A stretch of 64,000 bases of DNA. Source: Selaginella moellendorffii (taxonomy: Eukaryota > Plantae > Lycopodiophyta). The notes under the pieces were generated by a model, which was not told the DNA's origin, did not search any database, and worked only from the letters and a program-made list of their open reading frames with translations. Numbering within the stretch: the stretch's first letter is position 1; each line of letters begins with the position of its first letter. The translations under genes and the position numbers were made by a program. This document shows positions 11,659 to 24,722 of the stretch, piece after piece. The stretch is from positions 1,641,931 through 1,705,930 of the forward strand of contig NW_003314298.1 in NCBI RefSeq assembly GCF_000143415.4. The letters are read 5' to 3'.

Positions 11659-13782
11659 ATGCCGGGCAATGGGCTCCGTGATGCCGCGGCGGGAGGAATT
11701 CTCGCTTGCCAGGGAGTGCAATGCAACTGCAGCCAGAGCGATGGCCTCGAGATCCTCTTCCGCGAGATCCTCAGCCTCCACAGCTACTGGAGCAGCTTCT
11801 TCGGCGCCGAGCTCGACGCTCCGCGGGTAAGGGTTTTTCTCCCCCAGCTGGTTGGAGCCGTGGAATCGGCAGCGCGGCTGGTCCGGAGCTACTCCAGCGG
11901 GCCATGGCTGCTCTCGTCGCTGCGCAAGCTTGAGAATCGAGATGGGTTCTTGCGCGCCGCGGAGATTGTGTGGAGGTATGTGGAAATCGTGCAGCGGCAG
12001 CTCGGAAGCCTGGATTTGACGATTGAGAAGAGGCGGATTTTGGCGAGGCTGGAAGAGAAAGTTGGGATTGAAAAGAAGGTATTGAGATGCTTGCTGGAAG
12101 AGGCGGCTGGCACCGATAGAATGGAACTCAAGTTCAAGGTGGAGGCCGAGAGAAGCTCGCGCATGCACAACTTAAAGCTGTTTGTTCAAGGGGGTAGGAA
12201 GATCATGCTCGACGCTCTCTCGCAGAAGCTGGATTCCACCGAGAGAATCTATTTCATCGATCCAAGGTCGCTGCTCTTGAGTGGAATCGTGTTGGGTGAC
12301 GCGAATTCTCTCGTGCAAAAAGGAAACTGGCTGGGACAGGCAGTGGCAGTGAAGAAGTGTGGCGATGGTTTTCGCTACTGCAGAGAGGCCGGGGTCTTCC
12401 AGCACTTCCAGCCGTCCCACCCGAACGTGATACAAGTCTTGGGAGAGTCCGAGGTTCCGGAAACAAAGGAGAAACTCCTCGTCATGGAGGAGAAGGACAG
12501 CGATCTAAAGAGATACTTTCACTCTTCCGGCCCGATCACGCAACTTCAAGCGGTGGACTTTCTGATCCAGATCGCTGGTGCGATGGTTTACCTGCACGGC
12601 AAAGACGTTTGCTACCGAGACCTCAAGCTCGAGAACATCATGATCGACGTCAAGTATCTGGAGCTCACTTTGGCGGACTTTGGCCACTCAAAACCACGCT
12701 TTGATCCTCTGGGAGACAACACTTGTCCCGTTGGAACTGTCAGCTACATGGCCCCGGAAGTTCTCGCTGGGATAACCTCCGGCCAGGATCCCGGCTATGG
12801 CTTCAGCGTGGACGTCTTCAGCTTTGGGATCGCTTGCTCCGAGATTGTGTCTGGACAGCCTCTGGAGCTGACGGTCCCTCTAACAAGGGAGGAACGAATC
12901 GAGCGATTGCGGCGTGGAGAGAGACCTTCGCTTCCAGAGTCTTGCCACCAGAAGCTCAAGCAGCTCATCACGCAGTGCTGGGATTTTTCGCCGAAGAACC
13001 GACCGACTTTCGAGGTGATCTACGAGAAACTCTGGGAGATCAAAGAAGAGCTCTTGGCCGGAAGCCCCGCTAGCACGGACCCGGGAGAAGCTTCGCCGGC
13101 GTCTGAGATCCAAGCCGCTGGGATCCAAAACTTGGCAATCACTGGAGCAAACACGGTGGGAAGCAAATCGACAGCAACTTGGCAGTACGTGAACGAGACG
13201 AGCTTCTGCGTGGTTGGGTGGCAAAGATACAGGGATCTAGAGTCCGAGGAGCCCCAGCTATCCTGGAAACTCTCGCTCACGTCAGGGACTTCGAGCGATT
13301 ACACCATCACTCCCGACGATCTCGACCGGCACATTGGCGTGATTTGCTTGCCGCTGGCTCTGGTCGATGGGAAGATCGTGCCAAGGCAACAGGCTCGCTT
13401 CACTCACGGAGCTCTCGTCTCGCAAGATCTGGCGATGGCGAGGGAGATGGAGAGGCACTTGAGGAAGGAACACGTTGCTTTCGACATCACCGTCGACCGC
13501 CGGAAGATCAAGCTCAACCTCTGCCACACCGACTACCATCTCGTGTGGCATATGGGAAGCACCAAGAACTTCCGCGGCCAGTTTGTTCGTGGAGACGTGA
13601 GCGTCGAGGTGGTGGGCGATTGCTCCATGGTGATCTCCAAGGCCAGCCAGAGCCAGAGAAGCACGATCGACTTCAAGGATTCTTACAGGAGGAACTTAGC
13701 AGTGCTTCTGATTCGCCATTTTTTGGAATCCAGTCCTTCCCAAAATGGATTGGACCACATTCCAACCCGGAAGACTTGGTAG
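11659..13782 (+). CDS. Intronless 707-aa kinase: MLKL/HeLo-like N-terminal helical bundle + TKL-type kinase + C-terminal Ig(A9)/PH-like module
   Basis: VAVKK, YRDLKLEN, DFG, GTVSYMAPE, DVFSFG. C-terminus has IQNLAITG, YTITPDDLDRHIGVICLP and RRNLAVLLIRHF. Confidence 0.85.
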   Translation: MPGNGLRDAAAGGILACQGVQCNCSQSDGLEILFREILSLHSYWSSFFGAELDAPRVRVFLPQLVGAVESAARLVRSYSSGPWLLSSLRKLENRDGFLRAAEIVWRYVEIVQRQLGSLDLTIEKRRILARLEEKVGIEKKVLRCLLEEAAGTDRMELKFKVEAERSSRMHNLKLFVQGGRKIMLDALSQKLDSTERIYFIDPRSLLLSGIVLGDANSLVQKGNWLGQAVAVKKCGDGFRYCREAGVFQHFQPSHPNVIQVLGESEVPETKEKLLVMEEKDSDLKRYFHSSGPITQLQAVDFLIQIAGAMVYLHGKDVCYRDLKLENIMIDVKYLELTLADFGHSKPRFDPLGDNTCPVGTVSYMAPEVLAGITSGQDPGYGFSVDVFSFGIACSEIVSGQPLELTVPLTREERIERLRRGERPSLPESCHQKLKQLITQCWDFSPKNRPTFEVIYEKLWEIKEELLAGSPASTDPGEASPASEIQAAGIQNLAITGANTVGSKSTATWQYVNETSFCVVGWQRYRDLESEEPQLSWKLSLTSGTSSDYTITPDDLDRHIGVICLPLALVDGKIVPRQQARFTHGALVSQDLAMAREMERHLRKEHVAFDITVDRRKIKLNLCHTDYHLVWHMGSTKNFRGQFVRGDVSVEVVGDCSMVISKASQSQRSTIDFKDSYRRNLAVLLIRHFLESSPSQNGLDHIPTRKTW

Positions 13783-13909
13783 GATAGAAACTATATCGAT
13801 GTAAATGATCTTTATATTGGATGTAAAATTCATGCGATGACAATGACAATAGAAAGAACAAAATGACAATAGAAAGATTTTGACCAAAGCTCAGAGGAAA
13901 AGAATGAGA

Positions 13910-15141
13910 TTAATCGCCAGTGTTGGCTGCGTCCATCCTCGGCATCTCTTCAGCAACCTTGGCAACGAAAAAATTCGTTAGAAAAGCGAGCAGGGATTAA
14001 AGCAACTCTTACCAGCTTCTGGAGGGTTTTGCGAGCGTCCATTCTAGCTTTGACCACCTCCGGATTCCAGGGGCAGTCAATGGCCACCGAAAGAGTCGCG
14101 ACCGCCCTGTCCATGAGGCAGCCGCTCCTATACCCGGTGGCTTTCATGGTCGCAAAGTTGACCATCCAATAGTCAGCGGCGACCTCCGTTGACGCGAGCG
14201 TCACCCTCGCCCTCTTTCGCCCGCGCGTCGCCGCCTGGAGTACCACCCGAGCATCTGGCTTGTCGAGCCGCACCATCTTCATGCTGTTATAATTCGTGAA
14301 GAGCACCTTCACCTGGAAAAAAGAACCAAAATCAGTGGCAATGCAAAATACAAGTCAACCACGTTGACCAGCAGGAGGAAATCAAGGACCTCGTCTTGCT
14401 GGATGGTGGTCTCTTCGCCCTCCTTGAGAACAATCTTGATCTCACGGCGATATCCAGTCATCAGGTTGACCTGCTCCATCCTCTCCAGGTCAATCTTGTA
14501 TGGCGTGCCGTTTGGATACTTGGCAGAGGTGAAGGCAGCCTCCAGCTGATCATCGGCCTCACCGCCTTGTTTCTTGCCACCAGCGCGCTTGCTACTCTCG
14601 AGCTTGGACTTCGCGAGCTTGATTCTGAGAGCAATGTCCGGTTCATACTGGACCCATTTCTTATGATTGTCGAGCCACCACACCCCCGGCTTAGTTGGAT
14701 ACGCGCGGCTCTTATTACTCGCTAGCACCTTCACCTGGGAAAAGAAGCAAAACACCCAAAAAGTCAGCGGCAAAGCAAAAAAAAGTCAACTCAAACGAGG
14801 ACCTCGTCTGGCTTGATGGTGGTCTGCTCGCCTTCCTTGAGAACAATCTTGATCTCGCGGCGGTACCCAGACCTCACGTTGACCTGGTGCATTCTCTCGA
14901 GGTCAATCTTGTACGGCATGCCGTTGGGATACTTGGTGGAGTTGTGGAACCCGATCTCCACATCCTTGGCCTCGCCACCTTGTTTCTTACCATCGGCGGG
15001 ATTGCTACTGCTACTATCGAGCTTGGACTTCGCGAGCTTGATGCTGAGGGCGATGTCCGGGGGATACTGGACCCATTGATCATCCTCCCGCCACCACACC
15101 CCCGGCTCCGTGGGATCCGCGCACTCCTTGGTGATACACAT
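13910..15141 (-). CDS. Standalone tandem WWE-domain protein (two near-duplicate WWE exons + one divergent repeat)
   Basis: Exons 15141-14803 and 14734-14390 each encode VWW...WVQY....A..I...YKIDLERM.QVN...GYRREIK. Exon 3 (from 14312) has YWMVNFATMKATGYRSG. A short terminal exon ends at 13910. Confidence 0.8.
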
Positions 15142-15263
15142 GTTGCCCTACACAAAGCTTCGCCAACTTTTTCTTTTAAACTTCTATGGCCCCCAAAAGC
15201 GGCCGATTCTTGCGGAGAAATCTTTAGCTCGCGCCATTAAAAGCATCAGTGCCCACATTGGGT

Positions 15264-15992
15264 TTAAGATAAGCTTTTTATCCATGGCATTGCCGTGGCG
15301 AAGAAGTCGCGGAGTTTGTCCGGGGATGGCAGCGACGAGCGCACCAGCGGGTGCTCCCGGATCGCGTCGAGGAGGGCGAGGAATCGCGGGCAGGCGTCGC
15401 GCGATGGCAGCCTCAGGCCCCCGACCTCGACGAGCGATTTGGAGCAGAGCGCGGTGGAGACGAGGACAATGTCAACGAGCCCGAGCTTCGCGCCACCGAA
15501 ATAGGGCGCGCGATTGCTCTTGCGCAGCTCCTCCTCGAGAATGTCGCAGCTGGCGAGGAAATCGTCCTGCCCGGTGGCCCGGAACACCACGTTCGCCGAT
15601 CCGGCAAAGATCTAGAGCAAAAGAATTCCCCCTGTCGATCGCGAGAAGAGCTCAAACTCGATCAACCATACCTTCTTCTCCACGAAATCTGCCCAGAATC
15701 GCTCCTGCGCTCGAGCGTATGGATCCCTGGGGAGAATCTCGTCGCCGCGATCGCGCCACTGCTCGTCGATGTACTCGATTATGACGCTGGATTCCGCGAT
15801 TGGCCTGCCGTTGTGGATCAGCACTGGGACTTTCTTGTGCACGGGATTGGATCGAAGCAGCAGTTCGCCCTTGCTCCTCACGTCCTGCTCGACGCGCTCG
15901 TAGGGGATCGACTTGAGCTCCAGCGCCAGCATCACGCGCATGGAGTAGGGGCTGGACCACACACACAGCAGCCTCACGCTCTCATCCGCCAT
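15264..15992 (-). CDS. Glutathione S-transferase, tau class, 2 exons
   Basis: WSSPYSMRV (catalytic Ser), SNPVHKKVPVLIHNGRPIAESSVIIEYIDE, PYFGG..LGLVDI. Confidence 0.92.
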
Positions 15993-16068
15993 AGCCAGGA
16001 ACTCAAAACCCTAGAAAAATAATTTTAAATTTTTAAAACGTTTGTGCGCGCAAGTCAAGCCTCGCAAG

Positions 16069-16783
16069 TCACGCCTGCGTTGTCACTAAGTGAAGATTGG
16101 ATTGAGATTCCGACACGTCCGCTGGAGGAGCGCTGGGTTCGTGCCCTCGAGAAGCCCTGGTGGATTCACGGTTCTCCGAAATCAAAACCATGAAAAGCTC
16201 TCGCAGGGCGAGCAAAGTCGATAGAGCAAATGCAGCGAAGCTTACGAATCCAATCGCCACTCCAGCAGTCACGGTGGATCCGGTCGAGAGTTTCTCACCG
16301 AGAAGTGCATACACGACATCGTCAACCAGTTTGACACCCACGGTAGCAGCGGAAGAACTGGCCATCAGTAAATATGCTAGAATCTGTGAGAACGACGCTC
16401 TTATCAATCGAAGCCTTACCTAGCAAATCAAAGCTCACACCTGATCAAGAGCGAAGATGATACTGGCAGTGACAACGCTGGGCTTCTTTCCTCTTGCCAA
16501 GATCAACCATACCAGGCTTCCAATTGCATACACACAAGCTACGACATTCATAGTCCCAGCAAACCTACAAAAACAAAAGAAGTGCTTTGGTGAGACTAAA
16601 TTTGATCATGGTCTTATACCTGGTTCCTTCTCCAAGTGCAAGAGTGTCTTGTTCAGAGTAATATTTTAGCTTGTCACCAAATATGAGACCGAAGGCAAGG
16701 GCCGTGACAATAACTTGGATTGATCTGAGAATAAAGGGACTCGCGCTTGAACAATCGAGAGGAGCTCCTCCATTGCTTGACAT
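16069..16783 (-). CDS. CASP-like (CASPL/MARVEL) four-TM protein, 3 exons
   Basis: FILRSIQ TM1; IIFALDQ|ILAYLLMASSSAA CASPL signature; AIGFVSFAAFALSTL TM4. Confidence 0.78.
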
Positions 16784-17564
16784 CTCCTCGCAAGAAAACA
16801 CGCAGGCCAGCCAGAGTTAAATACAAATCAGTCTCAATTATTGGATATACAATTAAGATACCAAGAATCTTTTACGGCAGCATTCGTTTTGGAGGATCCA
16901 ACGAGAAAGGTTTTTTTTCAATGGCCTTGTCCCACCCGATCATTCAGTTGCAGACTAAATGTCTTAAGGAACATATACAGGAAGTTATAATGTATCATAA
17001 TGAGTATGGATAGGTAGTCATGTCTTCATATTACACAAACTAAGATCAAATTAAATATTATAGGAGGAAAGGTATTGTTAAATATCTCTATTTTGCAAGT
17101 TATGAGAAAATTAGCCTAAATTAGATATTTCTATATTTTAATGTTTTATAGTTTTTTTTAAAACATTTACAACAAAAACATTCTTAAAAAGAAAAAAAAA
17201 GCACTCAATTTAATTCTTACTAATTGCTAAAGATAACTGTTTTTTTTTTTTAGGTCATGCAATTAAATATATATAAAATTGTTTTTTTTCTATTTTTCAA
17301 TATTAAATTTTGGGTGGTTTAAGTTATCTTGGAAAAAACTATAAATTTAATATTTCTCACTTAAAAAAGAATATTCTATTGGGAAGGACTTTCTTTTTTA
17401 ACCTTTTCGTATTTCTCGCCTTTATAGTGCCTTTCTATCTAGAAGCATTGCCAAGAAGAGCATGCCATCAAGAAAACAAGGAGCGAGGACCAAGAGCCTT
17501 CTAAGTTCTATAATGGTTGGGCAGCTCTAGTGCTCGTCCCAAGGAGATCAAAGCCCATCGTTGA

Positions 17565-17755
17565 ATGGCTCACACTGGATGTTCATGCTCTCGCTCGTTT
17601 CGAGCTGCTTGGTCTTCTTTGGAGCCCTTCTCGTGGTGGTCTTCTTTGTGGATTTTGGTACCGCTCTGGATTGTTTTGTCCCGCTCATCTGGGGGGCAGT
17701 AGAACGATGCTCGTCACTAAAGTCAAGGAACTGCGCCAGTGCATCTCGCCGTCTC
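17565..17755. repeat. Short dispersed repeat shared (inverted, blocks reordered) with 27630-27790
   Basis: Shared blocks GCTCACACTGGATGT..CTTCTTTGGAGCCCTT and CGATGCTYGTCACTAA.GTC.AGGA.CTGCGC. Confidence 0.55.
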
Positions 17756-17942
17756 AGTTTACTAGTGCCCAGATGGAATCCTTAATTAACTCTTTGGGTA
17801 CTCTTAAATCACACTCACTCAAGTAATAATACGTGTTTTTGGAGGGTCTCCCTAACACTCATGAATGAAGCTTTCAAATCCTTGGCATGCATGTGATGAA
17901 AGCAAGAATAAAAGAGGAAGGATCTCTTGAATCTCAAGTAAT

Positions 17943-18175
17943 TGGATTCACGGTTCTATCAAAACCATGAAGCGGGACGACAGAACAAAAGCACGAATCC
18001 AATCTTCCAGCAGTGGTCGAGTCTCACCCAGGAACATACACTATGATACCCAGGGGAAAGGGAAGAACAGCGCTAGACTTATCTAACGAAGCCCTCTCTG
18101 GCAATTCGTTAGTGATTTGTCACAAATTATTTTTTAGCTTGTCGACAATAACTTGGATTGGTCGAGCACAATCGA
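17943..18175 (-). pseudogene. Deletion-eroded relic copy of the CASP-like gene
   Basis: Colinear blocks TGGATTCACGGTTCT, ATCAAAACCATGAA, ACGAATCCAATC, TTTTAGCTTGTC, GACAATAACTTGGATTG match 16161-16760. Confidence 0.7.
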
Positions 18176-18239
18176 TTAAAATATAAAATCTAGAAACTAT
18201 TTAGGGCAGCAGTTCTTTGGCGTAGAAAGCGAGAAGACA

Positions 18240-18923
18240 ATGGCGACTGTGGAGCTGAGCAGCAACTATGGATTTGTGGTGTTGATCGTTGTGGCAAAGT
18301 TTGTTCTCAACGTTTGGATGATGTTGCAGGTCGGCAAGGCACGGAAGCGGTGAGTAATTGAGTGGATTTGGGGCTCGCCCATGGTTTTCTACTTGTTTTG
18401 CTTGATTTCTCTTTGTTTCCAGCTACAAGGTGCCTTACCCAACTCTGTATGCTCTTGAGAGCGAGAACAAGGAGGCCAAGCTATTCAATTGTGTCCAGGT
18501 TTTTCTCTGCTCTTCCTGGTGTAACATTTCTTCTTGATTGAATCGTTTTTTCTGCTTCATTTGCACAGAGGGGTCACCAAAACACTCTGGAACTCATGCC
18601 ACTCTTTCTCACTCTGCTCCTCCTTGGAGGTCTTAAGGTAGTGATGGAACTTTGTAGATTCAATCTAACGTTTTGCTTTTCCATGGATGTAGTACCCGAT
18701 TGTGGCAGCACTGTTTGGAGCTTTGTACATTGTGACTCGCTACTTTTATTTCACGGGCTACTCTACCGGCATTCCAGACAACAGGCTATCCATTGGGTAT
18801 TCTTCCGATTTATCAATCTTGGACGGTTTTTGGATGTTTGATTCGTGCAGGAAGTTTTCTTTCATTGGCCTGCTGGGACTTCTAGTGTGCACCTTTTTGT
18901 TTGGTATAGGATTACTCTTTTAG
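18240..18923 (+). CDS. MGST3: Microsomal glutathione S-transferase 3 (MAPEG family), 5 exons
   Basis: QVGKARKR|YKVPYPTLYA..FNCVQ|RGHQNTLE..|YP...RYFYFTGYSTG.P.NRL. Confidence 0.92.
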
Positions 18924-19498
18924 AAGTTTAGCTCGCAAAATACATGGAGTGTTTTGATCGTTCTCTCAAAATGTCTAAGAGAGTTTCTTTCGGTATTGAA
19001 GAATTCGTTTTTTACTTATGCAGAAACTCTTGGGCCCTTACGTTTGGGTGATTCACAGGTGATACTCAACAGTTTTGTATACTTGGATTAGGATACTATC
19101 AGATGCTTCCATATCATCAAGCTCCAACCAAAGAGAAATAGCAATGAGGTGTACATTTCTCCTCTTGCATGCTCCTAAAGCCAGCATTGCGCTGCCAGTC
19201 CTCAAGCAAAGAAGACGGCTGTGGCGATCAAGCCAGCAGCACTAGTCTCCGCCCTCCATCTGGTTTCATGAACCAACATGATCTGGTGGTGAAGGTCCAG
19301 CCATCGAGCGATAGGTGGGGATCATGGCAAAATTCACCAAAGTAACGGCAAGTGACTGGGAAAATAACATTTTGTAATTTCTTCAACAAAGACATTAGGA
19401 AAACTATGTATCCTGCAAGATCTCCATTATAAATTATAAATGAAAATATAAAGGAAATATAACTACTATTTAAATACTTAATCCCCTAAAAACATACA

Positions 19499-19524
19499 AG
19501 AGAGAGAGAGAGAGAGAGTGTGTG
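19499..19524. repeat. (AG)10(TG)3 microsatellite
   Basis: Directly visible. Confidence 0.9.
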
Positions 19525-20975
19525 TTTACATCACAATAGGCTTGTTATTGTTAGTGTTATTGTTAACTATTAGTGGTTGAGTGAGATTTTTTTCAGTAGT
19601 TGATTATGACAATTCTCCATTGTAAGATACAAAAAGTTAAATTATTAAAGAGCATTAATAAATAAACTCCCACTATCATTGATAACCATCTATTAAATGT
19701 TTTAAATAAAAATATACATTATATACATCTAATTAAAAGTTTGTTAAATTTTTTGTTGTATTTTTATTTACCACTATAGTAATAATTCTTCCTTTATAAA
19801 AACCATTATATTGACCATTTCTCCAGTTATTATTAATAAAATTAAGGTTTGTTAAAACTAGAAGCTATAATTTATAGTAGCTAATGTTTTTAAAAATATT
19901 ATAAACCATACTAGATTGCTCAAGGGGAAAAATACCATAAAAATAAATTTACCTTAATATAAAAATATTTTACAAATTAAATTCATTGAGTTTACTCAAA
20001 TAAATAACTATTTAATTCACAAACTACTATTAATTCCCTTTATTCTTTAGAGTATGGGTGGTGTTCAACTTCGCCGCACTAGTGTAAGAATTAGAGCAAT
20101 TTAGGCACAAATACATAAGTTTAGTTTTCCTTTTTTGTTTTATCCTTTTGGTATTCACTTTAGCTTTGTGTTTAATTTTGCTCTAAGCTGTGGCAACAAA
20201 AAGTGAGTTTTCCCATGACAATCCAACTGTTGCAATCTACTCTTCTCTCCAACCTGCCAATGACTGCCCACTCTTCTATTGGTAGAGAGTGAACTATTAA
20301 CAAAAAATTTCCCAAAGAGTTTAGTATAGAAATTAAACTACCTTACCTAACTATACATCTTTCAAGATAGGCTTGCTAGCCATAACCCACAACACACCTG
20401 AAGGAGCAGCTGAATTGCACCGTGAGTGAGATCTTACTTGATTCTCTCCTAGGACATTTTCATAACACCACATGCCATGGCTTGAATTAAGAGTTACCAT
20501 ATACAATACTTTGCCACCTTGACAGCTGTTGAAAGTGCTATAGTAACACCAGACACAAGGACAACATAAAGTTCATTTACATAATGTCATTGTAAGGTGG
20601 CAAATGGATAGTAACATTTATTGGAATAAAGATTGAATTTTTGGTATTTTAGATTGCCATAGCACAATAGCCCAACTCTTAGACCCATAAATACTTATAA
20701 TCCACTTTTCTCTCCAGCCCATTAATCGCCACCCATGCTTTGGCACACTTCCACAAGCAGAAAGTGAACATCAACAAGAAATTTCTAAACATTATCCCTC
20801 CCTGCTAGCAGCGGCAAGTTAGGAATATACATTGTGGTGATAGATAGATAGACTCACTAGTTTATTAGTCCTAAAGTTAAAGGTTTGATGCTTATACTTA
20901 AAAATATAGACCGTTGATCTGCTTACGACCGTTTGATTGAAGCTCACTTTTTAGGGCTTTGGGAAACAGGAGCTC

Positions 20976-22798
<1,823 letters not shown>

Positions 22799-22925
22799 AG
22801 TCGCGACCAAGAATTTTGTATGCTAAGAAACCAAAGTTTTAATAAACTCTCTCCATTTTCGAAGAAAGTTTGTGTAATATCAATGGTGGGTTAGAAAGAA
22901 TGTATGGCAAATAAATCAGTGTGTG

Positions 22926-24590
22926 TTAGTCCCACATGAGCTGCTGCTGCTGCTGCTGCTGGTAGAGATCCGGGAGCTCGTCTCGGTTGTAGAGGCACGG
23001 GTAGCAATTGAGCTGCGTGGCGGACGGCGAGTTTAGAGCAGGGATCATCTCACCTTGAAACATGAGAGCCAAGTTAGCCGGGTGATTCAAGCCGCTGCTG
23101 TAACTTAAAAGGTTTACAGGCACGGGGATGAGCTCCGGCGGTGGCCCCGGCATCTGCGACTCGAGCTCGAGCAGCGCGTAGAAATCCTCGTCCGGGCACA
23201 CCAATCCACCCCCTGGAAGTTCACCAAAGTGAGAGCTTTATCGCAGCGATCGATCAGATAAAACTAGCAACCAGAGAGCAAGAAAACTGTGAATCAATCG
23301 AAGCAAACTAGAACGAGTGCCCGGAGGATGAAAGAATCAAGAAAACTAGAGAATCAATCACTCGAGAATCTCACGAACTTACGGAAGGTGGTGGCGGTGG
23401 TGGTTTGCTCCACCTGGTCCTCGTCCCACACCTCGAAGAGCCTCAGCTGATAGATTCCTTCCTCGTTGACGGCGCTGGATTTGCCGTAGACCAGCGGCTG
23501 CTCGTCCGGGGAGTGGTGATCGTGATCGCGCTGGGCTTGATGGTCTTGGTGGAACAAGACATCACGCAAGAAGTTGCCGCCGCCGCTCCCACCGCTGTTG
23601 GATCCATAGCTCTCGCTCGTGGATTCCGGCTGGCTTTGCTGCTGGTGCTGCTGGTTGATCTGCTCGAGAAGACGGTGGTGGTGATAAGCAGCGGCAAAGT
23701 CGTCGTGATGATCATCGCCTCGAGCTCCATCGTCGTTGTAGTAGGACGAGGTGGCGATCGAGGAAGGATGGTCGTGGCTGTTCTTGGCGGCGGCGATCAA
23801 GATGCCGCCGCTCTTCCTGCTACTGTTGTTGCTATTGCTGCTCTTGCTGCTGGTGCTACTGCTCACCACCACCTGGTTGTGGTGATGACCAAGATAATGA
23901 TCTTCTTGCGCTTCTTTCCGGTGATGGCCGCCGCGAGCAAGATTGGAGCACAAGTCTTGGAGGTCCGGGGGATAGACCGGCAGCCCCGCTCGCATCCTCC
24001 GCTTGATCCTTGTGTTCCAGTAGTTCTTGATCTCGTTGTCAGTCCTTCCGGGCAACTAGAGCCAAGAAAGAAAGAGAGATGAGATGAGATATCATTCATC
24101 ACAGCATAGAGACAAGGAAAGAAGCAAAGAATGCAAGAAGAGAGAGCTCGAGGGAGAGGGAGAGAAATCGCAAAGAAGAGGAGAGAGCTCGAGAGCTCGA
24201 GAGCTCGAGAGAGATGGAAAAAGAGCTTGCCTGTGACGCCATTCTCGCCCACTTGTTGCCGAGCTTGGCATGGAGCTCGATGATGGTTCTTTCCTCCTCG
24301 GGGGTGAAGGCGCCCTTCTTGAGGTTGGGGCGGAGGTGATTCGCCCACCGCAGCCGGCAGCTCTTGCCGCAGCGCGAGAGGCCGCAGTTCTTCTGGACAT
24401 TGTTCCAGTTGCCCTCGCCGTGCTTGTGAACATAGCCCACAAGAATCGCGTCCTCGCTCGGCGTCCACGGCCCCTTCTTCAATCCCTTCACCGCGCCGCC
24501 GCCTCCTCCCCTTCCTCTTCCCTCCTCGCAGAGCTCCAATGCCACCGCCGCCGCCGCCGCCACTCCTCCTCCTTGCATTGGATCGCCCAT
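22926..24590 (-). CDS. GAMYB: GAMYB-like R2R3-MYB transcription factor, 3 exons (in-frame upstream ATG also at 24701)
   Basis: [36 protein letters not shown]|[16 protein letters not shown] followed by Box 1 RAGLPVYP. Confidence 0.85.
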
Positions 24591-24722
24591 GAGACTCCGC
24601 GGGTTCTTGATCTGCTGGCCTTGAGTTTGAGCGAATATACCCCAACGAGAAGATTCCCAGAAACGAGCACGAATATGCCCACCAAAGAATATGTTTCCCA
24701 TTTGAAATCGATTCCCTCCTCT

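Noticed and set aside
15110-16022. 224-aa and 223-aa + strand ORFs
   Set aside because: Antisense to the GC-rich GST gene.
19380-20880. AT-rich block with CTAGT sites (20079, 20857) as a possible non-autonomous Helitron or MITE
   Set aside because: No convincing hairpin, TIR or TSD identified by eye.
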